Assembly: GCA_951406725.2 (NCBI GenBank)
Contig: OX597814.1
Span: 126,852,001 to 126,916,000 of the forward strand
Direction of reading: 5' to 3'
Length of the DNA: 64,000 nucleotides
Source of the DNA: Octopus vulgaris
Taxonomy: Eukaryota
Position 1 is the stretch's first letter, and every line of letters begins with the position of its first letter. The translations under genes were made by a program, and so were the position numbers. The notes beneath the pieces were generated by a model that had not been told where the DNA came from, ran no database searches, and worked only from the letters and a program-made list of their open reading frames with translations. This document shows positions 1 through 14,972 of the stretch, piece by piece.

Positions 1-447
1 CAGCATGGCCACAATCAGACAACTGAAACAAGTAAAAGAATAACATCAGCCCATGACTCAGTACTCTACAATCTATCGAAAATACCACTACTATTACAAC
101 TACTATAAAGTGTAGCAGCAGCAGCAGCCTTAATAGTAGTGGTGGTAGAACAATTGTATACTAATGAGGGCGTCAACTAAAATATAAAGCTAAGTTATAA
201 TTAAAGAGAATAGGGCTAACTGAGTAACAGCTTTTGGAGACAAGCTACAGGACATTATTATTATTATTACCTCTCACCCCAAACTCAAGGGAGAATAGTA
301 ACAAACACACTGATCACATGGTGATAGGCATTGTAATCTTTCCTTTTAAAATACAATTTATTTTATCCTCTTTATTTCATCAAAAGTATATATATCTACT
401 ATCTACCTACACTATATGTGTACAGGTGCATGTGTGTGTGTATATAC

Positions 448-560
<113 letters not shown>

Positions 561-603
561 TACACACACAGTTTCATAGATGTAGAACATTCATGTTAAA
601 ATC

Positions 604-785
604 AAATTAAATGGTATTTAAAATAAGTTCAAAAGTGGTTGTGTGCATATACATACACATATATAATTATATATAGTTATATACACATATATATATAAAT
701 TAAATTAAATGGTATTTAAAATAAGTTGAAAAGTGGTTGTGTGCATATACACATATATAATTATACAGTTACATACACATACATA
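604..785. repeat. ~98-bp tandem duplication next to (TA)n/(CA)n
   Basis: aaattaaatggtatttaaaataagtt(c/g)aaaagtggttgtgtgcatatac occurs at 604 and 702. Confidence 0.85.
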
Positions 786-1145
786 TATGTATATACATAC
801 AAATATATATATACATATAAACACAATATGTATATTGTGTATACATGGAGGTGATGACAAAGGACTGGGATGACTAGCAATATGCAGTTCTTAAGACCTA
901 GCCATCTTGATGAAACCCAGTTCTAGTAGAACTGTGTGTGTGTGTGTATCAACAGTTCTCAATCATGGATCCCAGAGACACATGTGGCCCTTAAGCATCC
1001 TTCCGTCAGCCCCTGACAGTCATCCCCCTTCAGAGATAATAAATTTTTCTTTAATTGACTTGTGTTTTCTATTTTTTCATGCAGCCCCTACAAAAATTAT
1101 CTGGCCTGGATATTAAAAAGGTTGAAGACCATATATATATACACA

Positions 1146-2004
1146 CAGGGTGTGATGGATAAATTGTTGCCATTTTATATTTTTAATTTCGTGCATGTGC
1201 ATCATTTGTTTTTGATTTTGTCAACTACACAGTATAGTAGGGTCAGTTGGGCATCATCTGTGACAAAAACAGCACCATGAGGCAATTCACTCAGCCAGAA
1301 ATTTGGAAATGATGTACTGTATTGCTTGGCATTCACACCAGAAGCTCCAATACAAACATTTCAGAGAGTTGGGTATCAATATGAGCCCCCAAAACATAGA
1401 CCAAGAGTGATAAGAATCAAACATCCAGTCAACATCATTGTGTCTGGAGTGATCACTAGTGATAGCGATGTTGTGTCTCCATTCATCTTCCCACACAGCC
1501 TCAGGCTCAACACGGAGGCCTACATCAAGTGCATGGAGGAGGTAGTGCTGCCCTGGGTCAAGAGGGTAGTTGCTGGAAGAACTTATGTCTGACAACAGGA
1601 CTCTGCACCATGCCACACAAGCAGGAGAACCTAGTCATGGCTGTCAGACAATTTCTGTGACCACATCATCCCTAACATCTGGCCACCTAACTCCCTAGAC
1701 TGTAACCCTCTTGATTATTATGTGTGGGGTGCAGGTGAGTGAAAGACCAATAAAACTCCTTGTAATGCCAAAGATGAACTGAAGGCAAGGATTATGGCAG
1801 CATTCACCAACTTAAACAAGGGGACTATCCAGAAAAGTTGCAGGAGATTCTGAAGTCATTTGGAGGCTGTGGTTTATTGAATAAATTTACTCTTTAGTAT
1901 TTCAATATATTTTTACGTAATTTTGGTAAATATATCTGTTAAAATGAATGTCAGTTTTATTTTCATTTTTGCGTAATTTAGACAGTTCATTCACCACACC
2001 CTCT
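1146..2004 (+). mobile_element. Internally deleted Tc1/mariner transposon, DD37D (maT/Bmmar1-like)
   Basis: Imperfect TIRs (CAGGGTGTG... / ...CACCACACCCT). Transposase remnant ...YV*QQDSAPCHTS...WPPNSLDCNPLDYYVWG with 37 residues between the 2nd and 3rd Asp; in-frame stops present. Confidence 0.85.
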
Positions 2005-3949
2005 GTCTGTGTGAGTGTGTGTGTACACACAAATGTGAAGGTGCATAGCCTAGTGGTTAGCTCATGTGTTCAGTTCCCAGACAGAGCAGCACCTTGTGTT
2101 CTTGAGCAAAACACTTCATTACACTTTCCTCCAGTCCCCCTTTTGATCAACAGGGAATGTTGGCCTACTTGTCTAGATACTTGGGTGGTGTCATTGGAAG
2201 GCTAAAACAATGCAAAGCACATTGTGACCAACAATGTGTAACAACATCTGATAGTCTGGTTGGCCATGTGATCACAATATACTATTGTTCTGAGTTCTAT
2301 TTTTCCTGTTTGCATCACTAAACATCATCATCATCATTTAACATCCATTGTCCATGCTTGCATGGGTTGGACAGTTTGACCAGGGCTGGTAAGCTGGAAT
2401 GCTGCACCAAACTCCAATCTGATTTGGCTGATTTCCTAATACGAACCACTCTGACAGTGTAATGGGTGCTTTTACGTCCCACTGGCACAGGTGCCATTTG
2501 CATGACACCAGTATCTGCCACGACTGTAATTTTGCTCAGCTTGAAGTCTCTGTCATTGCCTCCATGAGGCCCAACGCTTGAAAGGAACTCTGTGAGGCCC
2601 AACACTCAAAAAGTGCTCTTTACATGCCACCGGCACAGGTGCCAGCTATGTGACACCAGCATCAGCCATGACTACAATTTCACTTGGCTTGATGGGTCAT
2701 CTCAAGCACAGCATATTGCCAAAGGTCTCGATCACTAGTCATTGTCTCTGTGAGGCTCAAAGTTCTAAGATCATGCTTCACCACTTCATCCCCATGTCTT
2801 CCTGTGTCTATCTCTACAACAGGTTCCCTCTACAGTTAGAGATCAGAACTTCTTTACACAGCTGTCCTCGTCTATATGCATTAGACGACCATACCAGTGC
2901 AATCATCTCTCTTGCACACCACATCTGATGCCTCTTATGCCTAACTTTTCAATATGCACAACTGGTCATTTCACTTAATTTCCTCCTTCCTCAAGACACC
3001 CCTACTACCTCTATAATGGTAGCCCTTCCTTGATGTTATTTACCTTCTTACTACCCAAAACCATTTCACTCTTTGTCCACCCTTCATCCATTAATACTGT
3101 TCCCTCCACCCACACTTTCATTGATCACCTCCCACCATTGAGCCACCAAATTATCTCTATTCTCCCACCAACATGTCTCTCACCTTCCTCATGCACTATA
3201 CCTGTGTCTCTCTCTTCTCCACCCAATCTGGTAACCTACCCAACATTATCCCTCTCTCATCCTTCTGTCTACTATTTTACCATTATTATTCTGCTCTGCA
3301 CTATCAGTCATCTCCTACTCTCTCTCCACTCACTCCTGATCCCTCTATCTGACTCATTTCTACTCACCATGTACCTTGGAAGTCCACCCTGACACCTCAT
3401 CACCATAATGTTTCTTTATCACTTTCCAGCTCCAGTCAGTCACTCACACACTCGCTTCTAAAATGTAGAGTCATGTAGCTCCTCTATGACAAAAATTATT
3501 TTTTACTCCGAGCTCCTACTTTCATACTTTTACTCCTCATCTAGCATAAAGTCACTCCCTCATGATATGTGGTCTTGTATAGTAATCTTAGTAGTGCTGG
3601 TGGCACAAAAAAAAGTACCTAGTACATGCTGTAAAGTGACTGACACTAGGAAAGGAATCCAGGCATAGAAACCCTGCCAAAGCAAACATTGGAGTACAAT
3701 GCAGTTCTTCAGCCCATCAGATCCTGTAAGACTATCCAACCCATGTGAGCATGGAACATGGACATTGAATGATGATGAATTTACATACAGCATTTAATGA
3801 ATTCAGTGGTTATACATGAACTACTTCATGTTTCATGTTCAGATAGTTCAGTAATTGAACAGGCTTGTATAGCATAGCATTCAGGCTCAAATGACATGGC
3901 TATTTGGTGAGAAAAAGATGAGAAAGTGTTGAGTGTTTACATCTAAAAT

Positions 3950-5220
3950 AAGTGGAAGAAGTCGAATGGGGGTAAAGGCTAAAGTGCATTTAAATTGTGT
4001 GTCTTCCAGTTTGATAACAGAAACTTATAAGGATGCATACATTTTATAAAAAAACCTAATCCTGGTTTTACAAGGTCAGTGTATTTCTTCAAACTAATAA
4101 GGATGTGTGTTCTTTCATCTATAGAGAGTTTGCACCTTTTTTTTGTAGGTAAAAAATTCCTAGCCTTGATAGATAAACATTTCCTTGATAGCCATAGAAA
4201 ATCTTTAATAGACATTTTGTGAATGTTTCCTACAGCTGTCCATCTCATATTAAAAGAAATATCTCATTTAATATGGCAAGAGATATATGTTCAATAGTTA
4301 TAAATACGAACAGAAGAGGGAGATGACTGGTTGAACTTAAAATATTCCTTCAGATGAAAAATATCTAAAAAAAATCTTAGTAAATCATGCTATATTAAAA
4401 AGACAAAAAGAGATCCTCATCTCTGTCTTACAGATAAAAACAAATATTTCATTTGTAGTAATCCATAATCTTAGAAACCATAACATCTTACACTTGACCA
4501 AATAATACCTTCCAATTGTACACTAATCATCAAATTTCAAGAAAATAATTAAAGAATAACAAATTATCAACGGCTGAAGACAATCACCAAATCTTAAAAG
4601 ACTCTTAACAAAGGAAAAATTTACATCAGAATAAATAATGCAGGTAGGTGACAGAATGTGGAGACCTTTGATGTGGGACATGCAAAATAATTGAACAGGG
4701 CATCAAGAATGAGAAAGAACTAAAGATTAATGTAAATATCAATTGCATAACAAAAATTGCATAACAAAAATTGTTTTACTGGCCCTTGTGCCGGTGGCAC
4801 ATAAAAGCACCCACTACACTCTTGGAGTGGTTGGCGTTAGGAAGAGCATCCAGCTGTAGAAACTCTGCCAGATCAGACTGGAGCCTGGTGCAGCCATCTG
4901 GTTCACCAGACCTCAGTCTAATCATCCAACCCATGCTAGCATGGAAAGTGGACGTTAAACGATGATGATGATGATAATGCCCCATTACAATGAGAGCTAT
5001 ATCAACCAAACAGAATCAAAATTAATACATTGAATTAGGATACATAAGCAACAAATCAAACATTCATCTCTTAGAAATGTTCCATGTAGTGAACATCTAG
5101 GCATCTGTGTGAATAGAAAATTCAAAATATTTCTTTTACTTTTCAAAATAAAAGAAAAAAATAATCAACTATGAAATGCAAATGAAAAATACTTTATAAA
5201 AATTCTAAAACTAAACAAGA
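3950..5220 (+). mobile_element. Degenerate Penelope-like element (RT C-terminus/linker + GIY-YIG), interrupted by a SINE at ~4777-4975
   Basis: Fragments RQSPNLKRLLTKEKF (~4578), CGTCKIIEQG (~4672) and YINQTESKLIH*IRIHKQQIKHSSLRNVPCSEHLGIC..KFKIF (~4998-5135) match the PLE linker and GIY-YIG nuclease pattern. Confidence 0.7.
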
Positions 5221-6523
5221 ATCAGTCAACATTACTATTAAAAACAATTTCCTCTATACAGAATGCCCCATAACATGTATGTTTGAAAAGCTGTAAACAG
5301 CAACAGTGCTTACACATTATGAATGCTACTTTCCAAAAGACTTGTTTCATTCTGTTATTTTTCATAATTTTTTTATATAATTAATAGTTTTTTTTAATTT
5401 GAAAAACTCTTTAAATTTTGTGACTATAGTAAGAATTTCCTAAGAACTTAAGTGTGTGTGTGAGAGAGAGAGACTCCAATTAAAACTGTCTTGGATACTG
5501 GCACATCATTTTACCTATTTTGGCATACTGACTCACCTCATAACTAGGGCCACCTACTCAGCCAACCCCATTACCATCATGTCCCTCCTCTCCTTCACAC
5601 TAATCTCTGACATTATTCTTTCTCTTCCTTTCTCCTCTGTCTTCATTAATCCCATCTCAGCACTATTCCTTCTATTATTCTCTACACTACCATCTGCTCA
5701 CAATAAATCTGTCCCATCCACCATGGGAGCTCTTTAACTTTGTAAGCTACAAGGAAACTTCAACAGTGCTGGTTCCACAAAAAGTACACAGTACACTCTG
5801 TAAATGGTTGGTAATTAATTTGAGCAGTGGCAACAGAGCTAGAGAGGCCTTTTTAGTGTTGCTGACAGTAAGGCAATATCTATATCACTGGTACCATGAA
5901 AACATCCTCCCAGTATACTCTACAAAGTTGTCAGTGTTAGGTAAGACATAGTATATCCAGCCATAGAAACCATGCCAAAATTGAGAGATCGGAACAAAAT
6001 TTGGTCTTGCAACCTTTTGAATCTTGCTAAACCAGCTGACCCATGGCAGAACCCCATTTAGTTTTGTGAGCTTCATGGCGACCTCACTTGTGCTGGTATC
6101 ACAAAAAAAGCACTCAATGCACAGTTAAATGGTTGGCATAAAGAGGAGCATCCAGACATAGAAATAATGTAAAAGCAGACACTAGAGCATAATAAAGTCC
6201 ACAGACTCATTGGATTTTGTCAAACCCTTCTAGTCAGGGCTGTACAGTTTGACAGAATGAATCTTTTAATGTACACTTTCATTGCTGGCATGGAAGCATT
6301 AAAAGATTACACACATGCTGCCCCACAGCACATCAGCAAATAGACCTCGCACTATTTGCATATAAGTCATAGACCAATGATGCGCTTTGTTTCAAGATGA
6401 TCCAAGTACACAGTAATGATAAACCAAAATATTGATATCTACCATTCTCATTGATTCCAAGGTGAGTTGACTCACCTGATCTGTGACATTCTTTAACACT
6501 TGACATTGTTTGGGGAGCTTTCC

Positions 6524-6702
6524 CTGTATGCTAACTGACAGCAAATTTGGCATTTTGCATGCATACAAACATACATACATGCATGCATTTTGCATGCATA
6601 CATACATACATACATACATACATACATACATACATACATACATGTATGCATACATACATACATGCATGCAAAATACCAAATTTGCTGTCAGTTAGCATAC
6701 AG
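6524..6702. repeat. 41-bp inverted repeat flanking a (TACA)n microsatellite
   Basis: 6524-6564 ctgtatgctaactgacagcaaatttggcattttgcatgcat versus 6662-6702: reverse complement with 1 mismatch. Confidence 0.9.
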
Positions 6703-6759
6703 ACATTCTTAAGTTTTATCTTTTCATCAGTTGTCAATAGACATGAGGTGCTCCAGACT

Positions 6760-8500
6760 GAATGAAACAAGATGTCATTGGGGAGAAGTGTATACAGATC
6801 AATAACAGAACACTGACCCTGAAAATTAAGCAACCTGGACATGCTAGCATGAGAGGTTGTTGAAAGTAAAGAATTCATGGGGGACAGGGAATCTGTCCAA
6901 GAAGATCCAACACAGTTACTAGCCATCTGAGTTACAGCAGTAATTAAAGATATGAAAGTAAAGAAGACAGTTGGTTTGACAGGGATGCTTACTGAGATGC
7001 TTAAAATATCTGGCAAAATTGGAGTCAAACTAATCGCTTGAATTACCAGTCAGATAATACAGTTATATACTCAGTGACTGGTATGGCAATATAATTATAA
7101 ACTGTTATAAGGGAAAAGGAGATGCACAACTGAAAGAAAACTACAGAGGTATCAAATTGTTAGAGACGGTTATGAAAGTTACAGAACAGGTTATTGCAAA
7201 AACAAATTAATAGAAACAGATTTAGTCAGTAGATTACATGTAGTTTGGCTTTGCACCAGGAAGAAGTACCACTAATGTCACATTCCCAGTGAGACATACT
7301 TTCTCATAAGAAATACATAGGTAGGAGAAAGCTGCAATACCTAGCATCATCAATCTGGAAAAGAGAAAGTCCCTTGCTCTATGATCTGGTGGTTGCTAAG
7401 GAAACTAGGAGTAGAAGGCTTGTGAGGTTGTACAATCCATGGACAAAGGTGCAATCAGCAAAGTAACAATCAAGAATGAGTTCAGCAATAAATTTAACAA
7501 GTAGGTAGGGCTGAGAACTGAGCACTGATGGTCTCAGTTCTCAGTCCAGCCCTTTCTTATCTATTATAGTATACAAGGTCATAATAGAGAAGTTTAAGAG
7601 CAGCTGTCATTGGAAACTCCTGTATGCTGATGCCTTAGCTCCTATAGCTGAATCTGTAAAAGAATGGGGACAAAAGGTCTAGACATAGAAAGAAAATCTG
7701 AAATTGAAAGACCTTAAAGTAAACTTATCAAAAACAAAAGCTTTAGTAAGTAGGAAGACAGGACCCTGATAGTAAAGAAAAGGTCATATTCTGCATGCAG
7801 AAAAGGAATTGGTAGGAATTTCATAAGATTTGCACCATATAAATAATGGACATTCAAGAGGTTTATCCTAATCACAAGCAGACTAACAGAGAAAGTAGAT
7901 TTCATATGCAGCAGGTGCACTGGAGCAATAAACACTATGAGCACTCAAGAAATAGATTCTCTCAAATACCTGAAGAGCTCCCTAAAAGAATTTGATAGTT
8001 TGTGTTACCTAGGTGATCTATTTGGTTGGGGGAACAAGTGTTCCAAAAGTGAGACAGTCAGAGTAAATATGGCTTGGAATAAGTTCAGGGATCTGTTCCA
8101 CCACAAAGCAACAAAAGGTTTCTCCCTCAATGTGATGACCAGAGTCTATGATGCTTGTGCACGAAATGTGATGCTTCATAGCCCAAAAGACATGGGCTTT
8201 AAATGCAGAAGGTATGTGAAGATGCTTCACTAGATGTGTCAGACAAATATGCAAAGATGCCAAAAAACAAAAGAACTAAGAAAAAAACTGAGTACAAAGG
8301 AACTTAGATATGGTGTGCAAAAAAGAAAACTGAGCTGGTATTAGCTTGTGAAGTTTATGGAGGGTGACAGCTACATAAAGTGCCAAACAAATGTGAATGG
8401 TATCTGTGGAAGACAGATACTGAGGAAGGTTATGAAAAGTGGTATCACATTTTTAAATCTGAAGGAGATGACAGAACATTTCAATTAGTATTACACAGTA
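6760..8500 (+). mobile_element. Degenerate RTE-clade LINE (RT region)
   Basis: Broken motifs NYRGIKLLETVMKV (~7140), FGFAPGRSTT (~7245), ELLYAD (~7615), DSLCYLGD...AWNKFRDL (ORF 7937-8233). Confidence 0.75.
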
Positions 8501-9689
8501 CTGGATACGTTAAAATAGAGGGATAGTGGTAGAAGCTTGGATAAGTATTATGTGTATATATTTATCTACATCTGGGTTGGGTTGCTACCATCTGTACTAG
8601 ATAGGTTACCATCAATGTTCTATCCTGCCTATGTAGTACCCTCTTATCTCTAACATCTCTTCTATTAAATGTATTATGCACTCATAAACTGAGAGGAAAG
8701 TATTGGATTTGGGCATATTCAATCACCACATCTACCTCCACCATCCATATCTGGCCACTTCTCCTTCCAAATTATACCAGTTAATACCCAATGTACCCCA
8801 CATGCCTTTCTGAGTTGCATATCATTGTGCCCTCCCTTACAGGTCTTACTTTCATAAACATCTATCATTTTCTTTCCATCACTTTCTTGATTATAACAAG
8901 CTATAACTATCTCTGATGTAGTGGATCACACAACCATTACATCATTGCTTCTATGTACAAATGACACTCTGAACCACATTCAGAGAAGGGCCATCATCTG
9001 TTTTTAAATCACTTACTGACACATTCTAGTAGCAACCCACAGATTGTGTGCTTTCTCTGCCTTTTCTATCATTATTATAATGGCATTTGTTCCTCTGAGC
9101 TGGTTATTCTCATACCCATACTCCAAGTTAGCGGAAACTGGAAGATAGAGATCAAGGAAGACACAGGACAAAGTAATGAAGATTGATCTGAAGAAGCTGC
9201 ATCTCACACAGAGGATAACAAAAAACCATACTGATTAGATATGCTCGGTGCTAGAGCAGATCCATCCATCCACACAAGTATGGTGAGACATGTTGAAATA
9301 AGGGTAGTGATGGAGGCTGGTATCAAAATGTTTGAAAATGTATATGTGTGTGTGTGTGTGTGTCCATCCATCTTGAGGTTACAGGATAGTTGTAAATGAG
9401 TGTCACTATCATATATGCAGTGTCATTCATTTCCAATCTTCCACAGAAACTTGTCTAGTCATGAGGGAATATTATCTTGCTTAGCAACAAGTAAAGGTTA
9501 GCAAAAGGAAGGGCATCTAGCTATAGAAAATCTGCCTCACTGAATGCCAGCCAACCCATACATGCAAGCACATAAAAGTGTATGGTAAAACAACAATGGC
9601 AATGATGATGATGATGATGATGATCAATATAGTAGCAGTAGTAAAAAACTCTAAGGAGAGCTAAACAGCAGAAGGTCTTCAGAGAAGAA

Positions 9690-10135
9690 GCTCTCCTCAT
9701 GCAAGTGTCTTGACCGCATTTAGCACATGACTCCAGGATACTCCCCTGCGGTCACATTCTGTGCTATTGCCTGCACTGCAACCCTCCTGGGTGGTAAAGG
9801 TGCCCCAGATCCAAAGTACTAATCAATTCAGTCAAAGATGCCAGTTGATTGTAAGATAAATTATGCCATTTGAAATTCATTTCCATTCCTTCTTGACCAG
9901 ATCCAGTTGGAACTCTTCTCACTCAGCTGCTTCTACCATTGTCTTAAGAGCTCATTCTCTTTCTCCCAGAAATTGAAAGCTTCTTCAGGAGACCATATGC
10001 AGAATTGCCCACAAACCCTCCTTTGCCTACCTCTATAGCAAGGTTTGGGAACCAGATTCTCTCAGCCGGATGAATAGACTGTCGTATCTTTTGGTCTTGT
10101 AGATGTGGGCTTCCTTCATTCTGCTTTCATAAGGC
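9690..10135 (-). mobile_element. 3' fragment of a Hero-like (REL endonuclease) non-LTR element
   Basis: Minus-strand fragments EAHIYKTKRYD, AIEVG..GFVG, EAAE..SSNWIWSRR resemble the Hero/NeSL C-terminus. Confidence 0.55.
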
Positions 10136-10192
10136 TCAGTGAGTCCAATGTGCATGTGTGTGTGTTATGTGTGTAATATATATATATATATA

Positions 10193-10747
10193 GGCACAGG
10201 AGTGGCTATGTGGTAAGTAGCTTGCTTGCAAACCACATGGTTCTGTGTGCAATACGTGGCACCTTGGGCAAGTGTCTTCTACTATAGCCTTGGGCCAACC
10301 AAAGCCTTGGGCCAACCAAAGCCTTGGGCCAACCAAAGCCTTGTGAGTGGATTTGGTTGACAGAAACTGAAAGAAGCCCATTATCATCACCATCATCATC
10401 ATTTAACGTCCGCTTTCCATGCTGGCATGGGTTGGATATTCGACTGAGGACTGGCGAACCAGATGGCCGCACCAGGCTCCAATCTGATCTGGCAGAGTTT
10501 CTACAGCTGGATGCCCTTCCTAATGCCAAAATATGTATGTATGTGTGTGTGAGTTTGTCCCACAACATCGCTTGACAACTGATGCTGGTGTGTTTACATC
10601 CCCGTAACTTAGCAGTTCAGCAAAAGAGGCCGATAGAATAAGTACTAGGCTTACAAAGAATAAGTCCTAGGGTCGATTTCTTCGACTAAAGGAGGTGCTC
10701 CAGCATGGCCACAGTCAAATGACTGAAACAAGTCAGAGAGTAAAGAG
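10193..10747 (+). mobile_element. tRNA-headed SINE (family A) with a 17-bp triplication and an inverted family-C insert
   Basis: Head ggcacaggagtggctatgtggtaag; tail gactgaaacaagt..agagtaaagag shared with other copies; foreign inverted segment ~10379-10527. Confidence 0.85.
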
Positions 10748-10759
10748 TATACATTTGCA

Positions 10760-12850
10760 GATGCAATACTCAGGCACATTATCTTTGCTGTAACTTGGAG
10801 TCACTGGGTGTTTCAAGTCTTACAATATACACCTTCATCCAAGTAAACTGACTTAGGTTGATCAAAGTTGTGCCAAAGTGGCATTACTAAGGGAATGATC
10901 TTCAAATCCTTAACTGCCCACCTCCACTAGCAAACATCTGGTCCTCCATCCCTTCCCGTTACAGGCTTCCAGAAAATCCTAGTACTTTGCTTTCATCCTC
11001 TTTCATGCATCCTCCAACTTCTTTCCTGAGGGTACAGTCAACTTCAGTCAGATAAGCCATCTTATTTCCTCAGAAACTAAGATGATATCTGGCCTTAACA
11101 AGGACTGACAGAAATTTTAACCGTTTCTCTTTCTTTATTCAGTTATGTGCTGAGGAGAGCAAACCATTGAAGCTATTGATTCTTTTCTTCAGCCCAATCT
11201 CCTGGCTATGGGAGGGTATTTTTGTTGTCACTGATCCCTTTACAGATTGCTTCAGCAATAGTCTTGAGGGTCTGCAAATAATAACTGTGATTAGTTTCCT
11301 TCACCTTGTCCAAGATGCGTTCAAGTATTCGTCTTAGAAGATAAGGGGCATGTAGATGTTTCCCCTACAGACCATGTAAGTAGGTTGAATGGACTGGGAG
11401 ATCATAGACCCTCACCACCAAAACAAGAACTTATCCTCTGAGAGTTCCACTTCCAGACGTCCTACCAGCTAACAGCCTGCTCTATAGGCTCCCACTTCAT
11501 CCAAGCAACCTGTTTCAACAATACTATCACTCTGCTGCTAGCTGGCTCTTTCTCCACTAACACATGCACTTCCTTCTACTATTCCTTCGTATAATATCAG
11601 GTTGTTTTGCAGACCAGTTTTACCCTATATAACACTCCCAAGAAGGGCCTTGTGTTTCAGCCACTCCACTGCATATAGACTTCTATGGCTGCTTTCTACT
11701 TCCTCCCAGTTGATGACACCTGCATTTGACACTTAGATGTCCCTTGAACCATATGCTACAATGTCCCTGTCACCATGAATTCCTCTCTGAGAGAATTTAA
11801 TGGAAGACTGAGCTTGTTACTGCTTCCATACAATCCAATATAACTGTCTGCAAAGATGGATACTTACTTTATGCTCAAAACCCTCCACTGTCAGGGGGAC
11901 TTCATAGATGTGCAAGGTCAGAGGATTCTTAGGAGGATCCCATGCTGGTAAAACTAGGTATCTTTCCAGTATCCCTATAGCTCTCAACCAGGTCCTGATC
12001 ACTTTGATGAAGACAGCTGTTGAAACTTTCCACAACTCTTACTGGTTTTTCTGTGACAACAGAATCCAGTCTTTTCCCATATTAAAGCAGAATCTGTTGA
12101 TAATTTTCCCTTTCTCCAAAACCATACAGCAGGATTTTGTGGGTTTGAAACTCTTTCACCTTATGCCATGAGCTTCTCTAACTCCTGGAATATCCACTGT
12201 AGCTCCCCACACTGTTGTTGTCATTGTGGGGTTGTCCATGAAGGATCCGATGGGTAGTTAGATTACAACTGATTTAGTCCAATACTCCTTTTCTGCTGTC
12301 TTGACCAGCATGCTAATCACCAACATGATGAGGGAGACTGAGATAGTATACCCAGTAATTATTCCAACTTCTAGCTGGTGACAGTAAAATGTCATCTGGC
12401 CAGAGGAAACCCTCAAATTGAACTTACTGTAAAATAGTCAATGACAGTCTCACTTTCAGGAGCATATGGTGTCTCACTGATAAAACTTTTTTTATTGACT
12501 AGTCTAATACAGAACTATAAGTATTGGACACATCAAACCAGAGTACAGCCAGATCCCTTCTCTCCTTTCTTGCCTCTTTGATGAGCTGGGTTACCATGCA
12601 TGTGTGTTCATGATAGCCAGGAATTCCTGGTATGCTTCACTTTTATAATGATGTGTCAACTATTCAGCAGAAAGAAAACATCTGCTGGTTGATCCCAGCT
12701 CCCTCCTCTTAAGGTAAACTTTCAGCATATTTCCATGACTGAGCAATCATTCCCTCCTCCCAATCGCCTTCAGGGCCATTCAAAGCCAATGAAGTAGCTT
12801 TGGGTGGCTTTTACAGAACTCGTAAGAGATTTCACTTGGGCCTGGAACCA
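10760..12850 (-). mobile_element. Degenerate Hero-like non-LTR retrotransposon (RT + REL)
   Basis: HQLEVGIITGYTISVSLIMLVISMLVKTAEKE and PIGSFMDNPT (RT domains 4-5, ~12225-12380); LRPDIILVS, LTVP, AKY and GWRTRCLLVEVG (REL, ~10900-11100). Confidence 0.7.
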
Positions 12851-13381
12851 AGCTACATCTCACCCACTCTACCACTTTTTCATTCAGTGGGATCAAAGTG
12901 AGATCCTTATGGTTGTAAATTTGGCCTGTGTGCATGTGTGTGTATGGAGAGAGAGACATACTCAAAATGATCTGCCCATAACAGAACAGAATTGATATCC
13001 TAAAACCACCTTGGTAATGCACGCCCATGACAGGTGCTGGTGCCATGTAAAAAGCGCTGGTGCTAGTGAAACATAAGAAGTACAGATGTGGTCTCACACA
13101 CAAAGCAATGGTGCTGGTGCCACATTAAAAAGCACTGGTACACTCTGTAAAGTGGTTGGCTTTAGGAAGGGTGTCCAACTGTAGAAACCAAGCTCAAATA
13201 GACTATGGGACCTGATGTGGTTCTTGACCTTGGCAGCTCCTGTCAGTCCAACCCATGCCAGAATGACAAATGGACATTAAATGATGATGATGATACACAC
13301 TTTCATTTAATATATATATATATATATACGCACACACAAACGATGATCACACACACACACACATAAATTATATATATACAC

Positions 13382-14330
<949 letters not shown>

Positions 14331-14719
14331 GGCGCACATGTGAGATGTATGTATGTATGTGTGAATTAATTTTAAATGCATCTCATAATTCACAATCATG
14401 AGTGCTCAGTAGTTTGGTATATGAACTAGGGCTCAATGAATTCGCATGTAAGTGGCTGTATATTCCACAGACACATGTACTCTTAACCTTTTTCATGCCA
14501 ACCTAGATGGAGACAAGATGACAAGACTGTACGTTTGAATTTCAGGTACAATCCAACTAACAGGCTTGTACACGGTTTCTGTCTATACAATTTCATTCCC
14601 AAGGTATAGGTGAACCGGAATTCATAAAAAATGACCCTAGCCCAAGATGTCATGCAACAAAATCAAAACTGGGACCTCATGATTATGAAGCCAATTTCTT
14701 CGCCATTTAGTAATAGTGC

Positions 14720-14972
<253 letters not shown>

